Shown here in pieces: positions 37,781 through 58,100 of a DNA stretch of 64,000 bases. Source of the stretch: Takakia lepidozioides (lineage: Eukaryota; Plantae; Bryophyta); assembly GCA_030704615.1 (NCBI GenBank), contig CM060732.1, positions 23,622,001 through 23,686,000 of the forward strand, written 5' to 3'. The notes under the pieces were generated by a model that searched no databases, was not told where the DNA came from, and saw only the letters and a list, made by a program, of their open reading frames with translations. Position 1 is the stretch's first letter, and each line of letters starts with the position of its first letter. A program made the position numbers and the translations under genes.

Positions 37781-40700
37781 CAGCGTAGCTACGGCGTGAG
37801 CCCAGCCCCGTGAGCTGGGAGATGAGCTCACGTTGTAGCAGCAAAGCGTGAGCTGAGCTCACGCTTCAGGGAAGCGTGAGCGGCACGCCACATAGGGCCA
37901 AATGTCATGTTCAAAACACCCCTATTTGGAAGCTGAAACAGATTGGGCCACACAGTGCCTGTCTGCCATGCTCAAAACACCATCTTTTCTTGCCTCTCTC
38001 TTATATCAATTTGAATGAACAACCCTGTAGGAGAAGATGCAAAGGGTGGCGGATGAAAACCCTTCGGGGCAGGGGAAGGAGATCATTGTTGATGTGGACA
38101 TTGAGTTCTATGAAAGCAAAGCCGCCGAGATGCTGGGGGGTCAGAAGGTAAACTCTCAGCTTGCAGTGCAAAGTATGCTTGCCCTGGGTGGGAGGTTGAA
38201 GATTCCCCTGTGTAGGCTGGTTTCCATGCCCGTCGTTCGTCCACCCCTCATCAAGGACATCCTGAAGCTGGAGGCCTAGTTTGTTCATGGGTATTTGGAT
38301 GGATCCGCAGTCTTTTACATTTCTACTAGGGATTCCAGAGGCAATGAGCTCCTTGTGGATGAGTCAATCCGTGGACTCCTGGGATCCCATTTGGAGATAG
38401 GTGAACGAATTCTTCGAACTACTTTTCTCCAGGAAACCTTCGACCCGGGCATTCTCAGGGAAGATGTTTCACGTATGGGATGGCAACCACCAGTTGCTTG
38501 CATGGATGGCTGTCATTATGAGGCTGCACTCACAGGAGGAAGAATTACATTACTCTGTTTGATCGATGGTGTTGGATTGTGACGGGAACATGATGGGTCT
38601 TCTGACGGCAATGAATGATGTGAACAGGTTGGTTTCTCATTCTACATGTTCCAATTGTGGTTCCGTGGTTCTTTTGTTCCAGTCCTCTGTTGACGGTTCT
38701 TTGAATTTCATTCTCACTTTCACACATCATTCTGCAGAGGGACAGAGACATCGCATGTCAAAACGAGTCTGGTTCACACACTGTATAGGATACAAAGGAT
38801 CGGGCAGATGCCCTTGACCAACTTCAAGACCATCCTTTCAGCAGAGACGTACAAGAAGTGCGAAAGCTCGAAGACATCAGAAACGTGGTACTCGTTGACT
38901 CGTGAGGCTTTCATGGAGTATATGTACGCGCTGAGATACGTCTTCCATCAACTAGCCTTTCGATATTCCTGCTTCCACATGTTTGTTTATGTTTGTTTCC
39001 CTTGCTCTTGGATTGATGCAACTCTCGTGCATTCCTTTGCAGCAAGACATTGCAGATGCGCGTGACAAACTGGAATACTACAGCTCTACCCCTGAGGAGA
39101 GAAGGACAGCAAAAGGGGTTGAGAGTCACATCCAGAAAGAGATGACGGCCACAAGAAGGACTATTATGAGTGCTTTTGTTAAGCAATTGAGAATTGCCGA
39201 CCCATCATTCGGACCGCAGTTTCTTCAAGAGGTGAAAAACCATTACAACAAGTCAGGCAAGCCAGAGATGGCCCAGGAGAAGTTACATAGGTTGTCTACC
39301 GCCGTTGTGTCTTCAGAACAGAAGGTGAAGTGGCTACAGATATGGAACTCTGATCCCACTGTTAGGGATACCCACATGTTCCCCAGGCTGGAGAAAGAGA
39401 AGAAGACCTAGCGTGTCATTCCTGTCAGTGACAATGTGCTAGACACATGGCTTCACAAGGCCACTTACTGGAGCTAGGTATCATGTCCTTTACTGTATCA
39501 CTTTCTTTTCGCTTTTTCTGTCATTCTCTTTCCATGTTACATTGGCTGTGATTGTTTTTGGGTTCTCGGTCGGTTCTACATACGCAGCTGGCTGACTATG
39601 GGATCACCATGACAGCACCGAAGGTCTCCTTCCAAGCATACATGAGGAAATGGAGAGCCACAGTGTGGCAATCTTGTTTCTTCAGAGAGTTCAGCAAGGA
39701 GGGTGGCATCAGTCGAACAAATGAGCTTGACCAGCAGGAGAAAGGAGATGAAGCCTGGAAACGATGCCTTTACAGGTGCGAAATGGACTATGCTTCTTTG
39801 TTTTGCAAATCCTCCATCCAACCTGTGTTGGGCTGACTCATATGAGTTTGTGGTGCCGCACACTCATTTGTTCTATCCGTGTGTAGTAACACCAACGTGC
39901 ACACCCTGGGCCCTTCAGGCTATTTTGTGTGCGGTGGTTGCAGTGTATTGTGCCGCATATTCTTTTAGGGGGTCTTCGTGATGTGATGGAAAAGCTGGGA
40001 GACAATAATTGCATTGCATAATGAGGCTGTCTCTGTTCCTGCAGGTACATAAAGTATGTTCTCATGGCAGAGAACTGCTTGGACAAACATCCTGATTTCG
40101 TGGACCTTTGGCTTGTCCCTGCTGGCAACCAGACCATGTTTACTATGGGGATCTTGCATGACTGGGGCCCAGACCATCTTTCGGCTTGTGGTTGATATTT
40201 GGATTTAACTGCTTCTGAGACCCCAACTCAGGAGGTGTCTTTGAGGAGAGAGAATGAGCGTATAGCAGCCACCGCCGTAGCAGCCGACCTCGACATTCAT
40301 GATAGAAATTTGAGGATTCTTGCAGAGAAGGAGCCTCCCGCTCCGGATACCCCGGGTAGAGGTAGAAAGGCAAAGACAAAGGATGTTGCTGGTGGTGTGG
40401 GGAAAGGAAGGGGTAGGGGGAAGGGGGCACAAGGTCAGGTAGGTGGGCAGGGAAATGTTCCAAATACTGGCCCTGTGGTGGATGTCCTGCAGACTCCACC
40501 GCATGGTAGGGGATCCGGGAGAAAGAACAAGGGGGTGGTTGATCCCAAGGACCCGTACCATGCAGTGGAGCATCCCACGAGGGTCATTCGCCCTACCAGG
40601 TTGGAGATGGCCAACGTCGGGTTCCTTGCCATGATGGAGTCCAAGAAATCTGATGACAAAGGCGAGCCATCACCAGTGTGGGAGAGGATTGTGGAGTTCC

Positions 40701-42938
40701 TCGGCATGGTGCGTGTTGTCTTTTGCTTCCTGTCTGTTGTGGGCATGGATAGTTTCAATCCTCTTGAGCATTCCATTGCATGCTTGTTTGCAGGCTAAAA
40801 TGACCAAATCATGGGTGAACGAGAAGGAGAAGCCATATGCAGCCGAACTCATCATCTTGGACATCCCTGATGGGTTGCCAGTCCCGGATGTCCCTCCATC
40901 GGGTGCTTGTCCAGGTTGGAATGCTTTTGATGAGCGCTACTGGCGGTGGGTTTTCTCCTTTTGCAATTTCTTTCTGTCCGATGCAGGTGTTTTGGTGCTC
41001 ATCCAATCCATCGACCTTCACTATCGCCGTGCACTTGCCAGCTATTTGAAAGCCTCCGGTATGAGGGTCCTGAAGACATGGAATTGTGTGAACAACATGT
41101 ACCTGACGAAGAGGGATCGTCCGTGAAAGATGGTAAATCTGCTTTCTTATTCCTCTTCTTGGTGGTTCTCGGGTGGAGTTGCATAAGTCGCTCAAATGAA
41201 TATGTAGGGGCCTGATTTTCAAGCTTCTTAGTTCCTTGTGGATGTCTTGTTCGCAGACTCGTTTGTTTGAAGCTATTTGTCTCGTCCGAGTGCATCCACC
41301 TATGACTCCAGCCGTCATTAGGGAGTTCGCCATCACTCATGGGGGCAAGTTCATAGACGAGAGGACAGATCCTCCCACGGATGACATGCACCACAACTAC
41401 GTGGACAACAACGTGTGCTTGCGAAGGGGGAATGGGGTTCCTTGGAGAGGGGCCAGGGAGAGGAGCCCGGCTTTCATTCAAACAATTGTGGAGTGCTGCA
41501 CCTACACAGACGCCAGAGTTCTGGATTTGTCAATGGGCACAGGTTCGTCTCTTCAACATTCACATTTCATGAGGTTTGTTTGAGCTTGCAATTTCAGCAC
41601 TTCCCACCGTTCCAAATGTGTCTTCAATGTCTGTTTCCTTCCTTCAATTCTACTGCAGGTGCTTCGTACCACGCTTGCAAGGCCAGTGCGCGACATCTCT
41701 TTGGGATTGAAGGGGATGCTGAGATTTTCAAGAACCTCCTGATGGGTTTGGGTGGACACACTTCTCAAGTCATTCCGAAGCCCCTTCCCGGTGATATTGA
41801 TACAGGGGAGACTTCCGACAAGGAGCTGGACTCCGACTTTGCCTGTGAGTAAGTTCAACCTGTGGATGCTTGCATTGTTGTTTCAATACCCAGAATCACT
41901 GTTCTTAAGGCAAAGTGCACATGAGAGACATCCTCTTCGTTGGACTTGTGCATTGCATCATTGTGTTCAAAATGGGTTTTTGTCGACTTGTGCAGGAGTC
42001 CGCGTGCTTTCACTGACCCTCCAGAGCTATCACACCTTTTTGGACTTCTTTCAAGTCCTCCTCAGTCTTACGTGCTACTTGTCTATGCGGAGGCACTCGC
42101 AGCAAGCATGTCCATTCATGGCACTCGCAGTCCAACCATCGACGGCCATGGTAGAAGACGTGGTGTTGGGGCCGGAATCTTTGTGGACGACATAGCACAG
42201 GAGGTCGATACTGATTCTGATGACTGTGACACTTGATATGAAGTTTTCTTTTGCTTTCATTCGGGGCCAATTTTGAAATGGGATGGTTGTGTGTCCATGT
42301 TGTCCTGTTTGCAATGAGTGCGTGGGATGCAAATTCATGGGAACAAACTATCGTTGGAGATGGGGGTTCCATGAACTGCCCGGATTGTTCCTTCAATCTA
42401 TTTAGTATTTTGCGGAGCTCATAGGCTTGTGTGCATTGCAAAAACAAACAAACGTCTTTGGTTCGGGTAGAGCATTCTCGCATCATTTGCTCGTTGGTCT
42501 CCAAACCATTCCTGCTAGAAGAATTTTCGGTAAATCCGTCATGATAAAGTCCACGTGATCAAAGAGCGTTCATGCATTCTCAATTCTGGTGAGCATCCAT
42601 GATGCTCCCGCACATACCTGACATGTTCGCAAGGGTGGTGAGTAAAAAAAGATTTCGTAGGGATCCGCTTTGGATGATGTGAGTGTGCACCTGCTCACGA
42701 CGTAGGCACATTCCAATGCAGGGGCTTCGTATGTTGATAACGTCTACATGGATGCAATGGATAGAAATGATGGATACAATAGATGTAATACATCCAGTCT
42801 GCATTCCCTGGAAATGGCTGATCAACCCGCGGTAATAGGTGACACCCGCGAAAATAGGCCCTGTATGCATGCTGACGTGGCATGAGCTTGTGCTAGGCTC
42901 ACGGTTTCCTGGGCTCACAGGCTCACGCCTCTGCGCTC
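37781..42938 (+). mobile_element. TIR-bounded element of the same family as the 27976-31938 MULE, carrying a ParB-methyltransferase-like gene
   Basis: Left end CAGCGTAGCTACGGCGTGAGCC with GTGAGC repeats; right end GCTCAC repeats ending GGCTCACGCCTCTGCGCTC; no clear TSD. Confidence 0.7.
38037..42236 (+). pseudogene. Spliced ParB/Srx-like + beta-class N6/N4 DNA methyltransferase-like gene (decayed)
   Basis: About 9 exons (approx. 38037-38627, 38738-38930, 39043-39477, 39588-39773, 40045-40708, 40794-41131, 41257-41542, 41659-41844, 41996-42236); WDGNHQLLAW at 38476; ELIILDIPD (DIPD at 40860); VLDLSMGTG|ASYHAC..RHLFGIE at 41518-41712; several stops and frameshifts. Confidence 0.72.
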
Positions 42939-45240
42939 ACAAAATAACACTCCCCGTTCTTGTTGGGCTCAACACCTTCATCTACAAATAATTTGTTCCC
43001 CCACCAATACTTAGTGACACGTAGGTTTGTTTGCGCATAAGAACCCACCCCCACAAAGAAGCAATTGCCATAAGAAATGGCGAACTTTGTCAAAGTTTGC
43101 TCAAATATCAAGCGGGGCAATTGATAACACTGACCACTATAATCAAAGTGAGCAACCTCAGTTGACAAAAACTTTCGGGTGTGAATAATCAAACAGTAGA
43201 AAAGAACAAAGATCTTGGGGTAGTACTCTCCTCTAGTCCACAAACATGAACAAAGTTGAGGTTGACATCCATACATACCGTCCATCTTATACATGCATCT
43301 TTTCACAACTAGTACACATGCATCTTTTCCTCTTGTCAAGGAAATCACTAGGCCTCCTTCCAACTTGCTTGCCTCAATCCCCATAACTGGGGGAATTGAG
43401 CAGCTTAGCAGCCTATTTTACCATCCCTGTGAGCTAATTATAACCTCAGCTACTTACCTTTCTGATACATCAATTAAGGGCATTTTAGCAAAACTACCGT
43501 CGCACCTAAAAGGAACATCATAGTTTCCTTCATCAGCAATCAATAAACAGATAAACTCTCTGGTAGGACGAGCTAAGAAAAAGATAGCAAACAAAGTTGA
43601 AAATATTACATGGAAGCTTCAGGACAGAAGGCCCAACCAACAAGGCGTAACGCATGAGTGTTAGACTCATGGTCTTTCATCTAAAAGGGATAAACCTTGA
43701 AGATCCAACACAATATTTATCTCCACATAAAATTAGTAGCCTTGCTTTGGTGAAGTAAACGTATGCAAGAAGCCCATCACAAAGAAATACACAGGCAAAA
43801 ATTCGGCGCCTGCGCTATTGAGCATGTCATATTGTAAGTTTATACCTTTTTCAACTATAAAAGAGGTCTTTAAACAATATTGTAAACGCCAATATATTTC
43901 AACTATATTTTATGACCATGTGTAACAAAAGACAAATGAAGGGCCAATATTCCAGAAAAATCCAATTTTCTATTTTTCATGAATTTCCAGTGACAAAAAT
44001 ACTTGAAATTGAATATCTCCCACACCGCAAGTCCAAAAATTGTGAAACCGCCTCCATGCACCCCTACTCATGAGGGCTTTCCTGCGGTATCAAGACCACG
44101 GGCGGAGGCCTTGCAGTTTGGGAGATCTCAATGACGCTAAAAAAACAACAAACAAAACAAAACAAACTACCAAACTTAATCATCGTGACATGCAAAATGC
44201 CCTTCATGAGGGTACCTCTTCGTCACGTGCTCTATAGAAACTAAAAGAGATGCTAGGCTTAAGATCGTTACAGCTTAACCTGAATTCTCACATTCGAATG
44301 ACCTATGTCGCCTTCAACACCTAGGGACAGTGGAAAGCAACCCTAACCTGCAACACTGCACAAGACTGAAACTAGTGAAGTTTCTCCTTAGGAAAAAGTG
44401 TTCAGAGTACCAAGTATGTGGAGCCCCATTCCCTACAGATTTAACTCAATATATCATACACGAAAGATTGTCACACTAAATTCCCTATGAAATACATCCT
44501 TGGTTTCTTTCACCACATCTCAATACAGACCCTCAAGGAAGAGTCCCAATCATTGTAACTACTTGGTCCTGTGCATGGAACAGGGTAACTTTGTTACCTT
44601 ACCACAATTCACAAATACTCCTGACACTATCTGTTCTATACACAGGAAAATGGTGAAAGAGATACCCAAGGCACACCTGCAGAAAACCTTTTCATAATAC
44701 CTACATCATTGTCTCACACTGCCATCCTGCTCTCTCAGATTCTAAAAGAGTGTTCCTGCAAGTGTCAATTGTTACCGAGGACTGATACTAGGAGAGCATG
44801 AATTCCAGCGCCATGATTGATTGATGACTGAGATATACTACTGTACAGGGCATAGCTGAGGAATGATTGGACATTTTTGAACCAACGGTTGAATAGAATA
44901 ACGTACCCTCCAGCAAGTGGGCTGATAACCAGAAGCTTGAAAAAATATAGGCTGCAGGCTACTCCCAATTACTGGACAAAGTGCTGTATCCTTTTGTGAC
45001 TCTTGCCTATTATGTGCATGCCTTTATGTACACAGGCCGATATCCCTTTCATACACCAGGGCCTGCAGCAGTTCCATTGTTGCCCAATTAGCAACTGAAA
45101 AGGCAAGCTCCCTCCCAGAACCTTACAGTTTCCCGTGCCTCTAGCCTCATTATCCTGTCTTCAGCTACAGGGTCCACCTGAGGATTTCCTTGCAAAATTT
45201 TGTAATGGGGCATTAACCCCAAAAAGGTGTGCCTGCTACC

Positions 45241-45518
45241 CAGTGTTTTTTTTCTGGCGAAAAATTGCCAGATTTCGACCTGGAAAATGGGTTAGCTAAT
45301 ACTACAAAGGAATTATGAATCGATTTTTTTTGCCAGAAAGCGCTAGTAGTTGAATATCAGGAGCCTGATTTTCCCTACGTGGACCTGTTAAAACGTGCCA
45401 CCTGTTATATCGCCACTTCTCTAACCCTGCCACCTCGTTATTCTCGCCACATGGGTGCTGGGTAATTTATACATGTGGCCCCTCAGGCGATTTTGGAAAA
45501 ATGAAAAAGATAACACTG
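45241..45518. mobile_element. hAT-type MITE downstream of FtsH
   Basis: TIR CAGTGTT/AACACTG; 8-bp TSD CTGCTACC at 45233-45240 and 45519-45526. Confidence 0.88.
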
Positions 45519-45737
45519 CTGCTACCTGCTCTCACAGCCTCCAGTCTTCAACCAATACAAGTAGAGCCCACTACCTAATCATGCCACACAAACAAGCCTT
45601 TACACTTTCATGAAAGCAATCACCTCAAAAGTACCTTCCTCTTCTCAGAATGCTTCGTCACATTGTCAGTAATCAGCAGCAAGCTGGGAGTGTTAGAGTT
45701 TCATCTGGTGTACCTGAGGCCAGCAGATGGACAGGTG

Positions 45738-53727
<7,990 letters not shown>

Positions 53728-54480
53728 CGCAATCTGTCAATCAAGATGCAATTTGACCTGCCAAGAAAAACTTAAGCCATATGAAAAAAAAAAAATTGTC
53801 CAGCCACGCAACCGACTTCACAGAAGAAAGATCTCTTCCATGCTAAATTCTGCTAACTGCCTTCACGCAGGCATGTCTTCATGCCTGCGATTTCTCAGAG
53901 GAGCCCCTCACAGCCAATTCTTTTTGTCTGGAAAGCTGGCAGCTTGCCATGCCCTCCCTCCCTCTCTCTTCCGTCTCCCCCCCCGCCCCACCCTCTCTGT
54001 GTGTCCGCGTGCCGCAGTGTCGGCCACCATAAGTTATCCAGCAGCAGCACCGCGAGCGGATAAAAGCGTACCCGCCACCCTTGTCAAGGGGTCCAGGGTC
54101 CAACCACTCACATTACGCCGGGTCATCATCCAATTGAAAAACTAGTTAATAATTGATAAAGCGGTACGGGAGGGTCAAGCCTACCGGTAGGTTTACAGTA
54201 GATGTAGATCCTCCCCAAAAAGACGAACAAAAACAAAATAGATCCTCCCAATAAATAGATCCTCCAAGTCAACTACCCCACAAAATTCGAAAACAAATCG
54301 GGAAAAAAAGAAAAAGATAAAAGAAAACAAAACATTTAATAAAATTTGTACAGTTAGTAAATGAGTCCGTAAAAACAAAATTTTTTTTTTTCAGGGGAAC
54401 AGGGGAAAATTAAAAATCCAATAAACTTTAATAGACTCTTTCAAGTCTTTTCCCCGAAGAAAAACAAGGAAAAACAAGAA

Positions 54481-54710
54481 AAGCTCAGTTGAATAGTGCA
54501 CTCAGTGCAACCCAGATGATTCTGGGGTCAAATCCTGCTGCCTTGATGGCTGTGGTGTGTTCTTCTCCCCCTTCCTTCCCATGGGCGGTGTCCCATGCGA
54601 AAGCCTTCACGGCGAGGTTACTGTGAAAGAGGTTATTTTTTCCTCTCACTAGAATTAAGGGGCCTGATTTGTGACTCAGCTGTCGCTGAGGTGTTTCCCT
54701 TTATTCTTTA
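54481..54710 (+). mobile_element. tRNA-derived SINE-like insertion
   Basis: A-box-like AGCTCAGTTG (54482) and B-box-like GGTCAAATCC (54526); flanked by near-direct A-rich repeats at 54461-54480 and 54711-54733. Confidence 0.55.
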
Positions 54711-55100
54711 AAAACAAAAGAAAAAACAAGAGAAACCTAGGGCGCAGTTTCCGGGGATAGAGTTAGGGTTGAGCCAGAGCGGTTGGAATGTGACCTGGAA
54801 AGTAACCCTGGTGGAGTTAGGTTAGACGTGAGCTAGAAGGGTGCTTCTTCTCCACTCTCGGGATTTCACGCTTGTATGTACTAAGGTAGTATCTGACATT
54901 ATTGAGTTGTAGACGTCATCTAGATCATTTCTCCCTGGATCTGGTTTTCCGTTGCTTTGTGAGTGCAAGGATCACGAATTTCTAATTTCTCGGTTTCGGT
55001 TGAGTGAGCTAGTCTGAGTGGTCTCAAGTTAACTGTTTTCAGCTCTTTTCTTTGAATGTGCGTCGAATTTCTCTTGAGATCTCATGCGGTCACTTCGAGC

Positions 55101-58100
55101 AATGGATAAGCAGGCTGAAGGCAAGAATACGGAGACAATTACCATTACGGTCAAATTCGGGCTACAAAATTTAGTTGTGTCGTTACCGGCTTCATCAAGA
55201 GTGCACGAGTTGATGCAACAGCTGCAGCAGCGTACTGACGTCTTGCCACGGGTCCAGAAGCTTATTTTCAAGGGTGTGCTTCTTTGTCCCCCCTTACTCT
55301 TCGTACCTGTGCAAGTTGAGAGTTGCAGATAATGCCACGATTTTGCATGGCATTGTTGGTGATGCGAAAGACCATCCAAAAAGAAGAGTTATCATGATGG
55401 TTCTCTGAGGAGACTCGAATATTAGGTCTGTGCGTTGAAAACCTAATCCTAATTGGCAATTGTCATCTCATGGCCAGGCCATCTCCTTCTGGGACCAAAG
55501 GCCGGCCCACATATTATAAATTTATGATTCTGTGAGGATTTTCTTTCCTCCATTTGGAGAATCGTGCACTAAACGCAGAGCGTTTCAAATTTCTAGTTTT
55601 ATTAGTTCTTTCTGCATCAATTCTTGAAACTGTACAAACTGTGCAATTCCTCTGGATTGTTCTTAGCGAGAAGCTTAGATCAGAGCACAAATGTGATCCA
55701 TCGACACACTCCAAGTAAACTACAAGACTAAAAGGCATGGGCACATGAGCACAATTCTCTTCACCCTGCAGCTGGGATGAGCTCTGGGATGTCATCATGC
55801 ACCTCCCAGTTGCAGGGTAGAGGTGGGGTTTTAGGAAAGAGTTTTGGAAAGCCTCTTGACCCCAACTCGTTTTATTGCTATGTGCATATTTAGGCAGGGG
55901 TCAGATAAAAATGGGTGCTCGAAATGTGAAGGCTAGACAGCAACCTAACATGTGTCATGTCTGGCAGGCAAGGTGCTGACGGAAGAGATGACCTTAAAAA
56001 ATGCACAGCTATCAAATGGCTCAAAAATTATGCTCATGGCTGCTCAAGGATTCCAACAAAGGGTACATTTCACACTCTATCACTAACTCCTTTCTTATGT
56101 CTCGTGGAACCTACTGAGATTGTTGACTTTGTTGGTTCCCTGTGGATGAAACCTCACCACTGCAGCAGGGCAGATAGGTTCTAGGAACAGTATTCATGTG
56201 CTATGGCTACTGCTGAATACTGTCTGTGTTACTCATGGCACATGTGCAAATTGATCTAACAAGCATCACTCCTCATGACAAGATGGACATAGTTCCTCCT
56301 CTTCATGTCTGCAAAGAGTTCTATCCTTCAAGTTGTCATGATGGTTCATTCACATCCTAGAATCCTAGTCAGCCGGGGTTGAAATGGGAAGCCAAAAATT
56401 CTGGATTGTGCATCTGCTATTGGTACTTTAATGTCTTTAGTGACAGGTATAGTGTATGACAGACCCTGCTAATGTGGGCATTTTACCATTCCAGTTTCCG
56501 GCGAGGAGGAATGTTCCTCCCAGCAAGCAAGCACACTCAGTGTCACCCTCAAGCCTTTCAATCGATGAGAGCAGGTTGAAAGCATGGAAATTGACCGGCA
56601 TTGTGTCTGTTCGTGACAGCGGCCTGCAGGTACTTCAGCCCCCTCTGAAGACACCAAATCTATAATTGTGCATATTAAATGAATATCTGACCCTTGTTGG
56701 TTTCCAAGTTCCTTGTGTGTTATTCTTAATCTCTCTTTACCCAGCTTGTTATCTACTTTCTCTTCCAACCCTCTCATGCCATGCTTGTCATCGAGTTTGT
56801 TTCCCAAATATGTTTCCCAAATTCCCCAGCCAGGATAAGCTGGCCAGTGCAGCCCAAAACTTATCTGGGAATATGCAGAGGGCCCCTTGTGGAGAAGTTT
56901 TCTAATTGAAGTCCCGTTGAACGTATTCTCTACCCTTCCTTTGCTGCACAACTCTACCGGTGGTCACCCGTCCAAATATTGTTCCAGAACCAGGTATTGG
57001 CAGTTCCTCACAAACCAGGGGACAATCAGACTGGGTGGTCTTTGCTACACCTTTGCTTACTTTTTCAGATCTTTTTATGTAGTGGAACCTCGTCACTGCA
57101 AGCAAGTCTTAGAAGATGTCGTCCTAACATTGACCAATAGAGAGACAAAATAAAGGTGTACTCCTGCCGAAGCAAACGTAAAGGGCTACTGCCTTCTGTT
57201 TGGAAGGTGGACACCGTCCAACGGCTGTAACCAGGGCAACGTGGTTAAAGTCCCCAATCCTCGAAAGTCATTAACCGAGGTTTGGCAACGTTGTTAAAGT
57301 TTGGTTTGGTTTGGTTAAAGTACGAATAGCAGATGCGCAATCCAGAATTTTTGGCTTCCTATTTCAACCCTGGCTGATTAGGATTCTAGGATGTGAACGA
57401 ACCAAATGACAACTTGAAGGATAGGACTCTTTTGCAGACATGAAGAGGAGGAACTATTATTTCCATCTTGTCATGAGGAGTGATGCTTGTTGGATCAATT
57501 TGCACATGTGCCATGAGTACCACAGACAGTATTCAGCAGTAGCCATAGCACTGGAATACTGTTCCTAGAACCTATCTGCCCTGCTGCAGTGGTGAGGTTT
57601 CATCCACAGGAAACTAACAAAGTCAACAATCTCAGTAGGGTCCTCGAAAGTTCCCAGGTACCTGCACATTAGATTACCAGTTGACCCAGTGACAACCCTT
57701 TTATAGCGGGGTTGGCTATATTGGGTGACATCCAACAAATACCTATGTGGCGTTGAACCCACAACTAATCATGAAATTTCGAGCAAGGTAGACCTGACTG
57801 GTAGAAATGCACTGATTTTAGTGTTGGCACTGGCTGCAAGGGGTGGGTAGAAAGTCCCAGCTGCAGTATGGACCTTGGAGTCGTTCATACGTGTATTGGA
57901 TGTTGGTGGCAACAACTTATCGGCACTGCCTTCTGAAATTCACACTCTGATAAATATACAGGTAAACGTTAACATATTATTGTTGGGTTGCCATCAGTTG
58001 GGTCAGAGATTAAGGTTGGCACCCACAATATTGATCTCACAATCCTCACTTTTCGATGTCATAAAGGTCCACCTGATATTACGCCCTTTCCTGCATATGT

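Noticed and set aside
37770-42950. TSD for the MTase-carrying element
   Set aside because: The flanks (AGTTATTGTT / ACAAAATAAC) are not direct repeats, so the exact ends and single-insertion status are unproven
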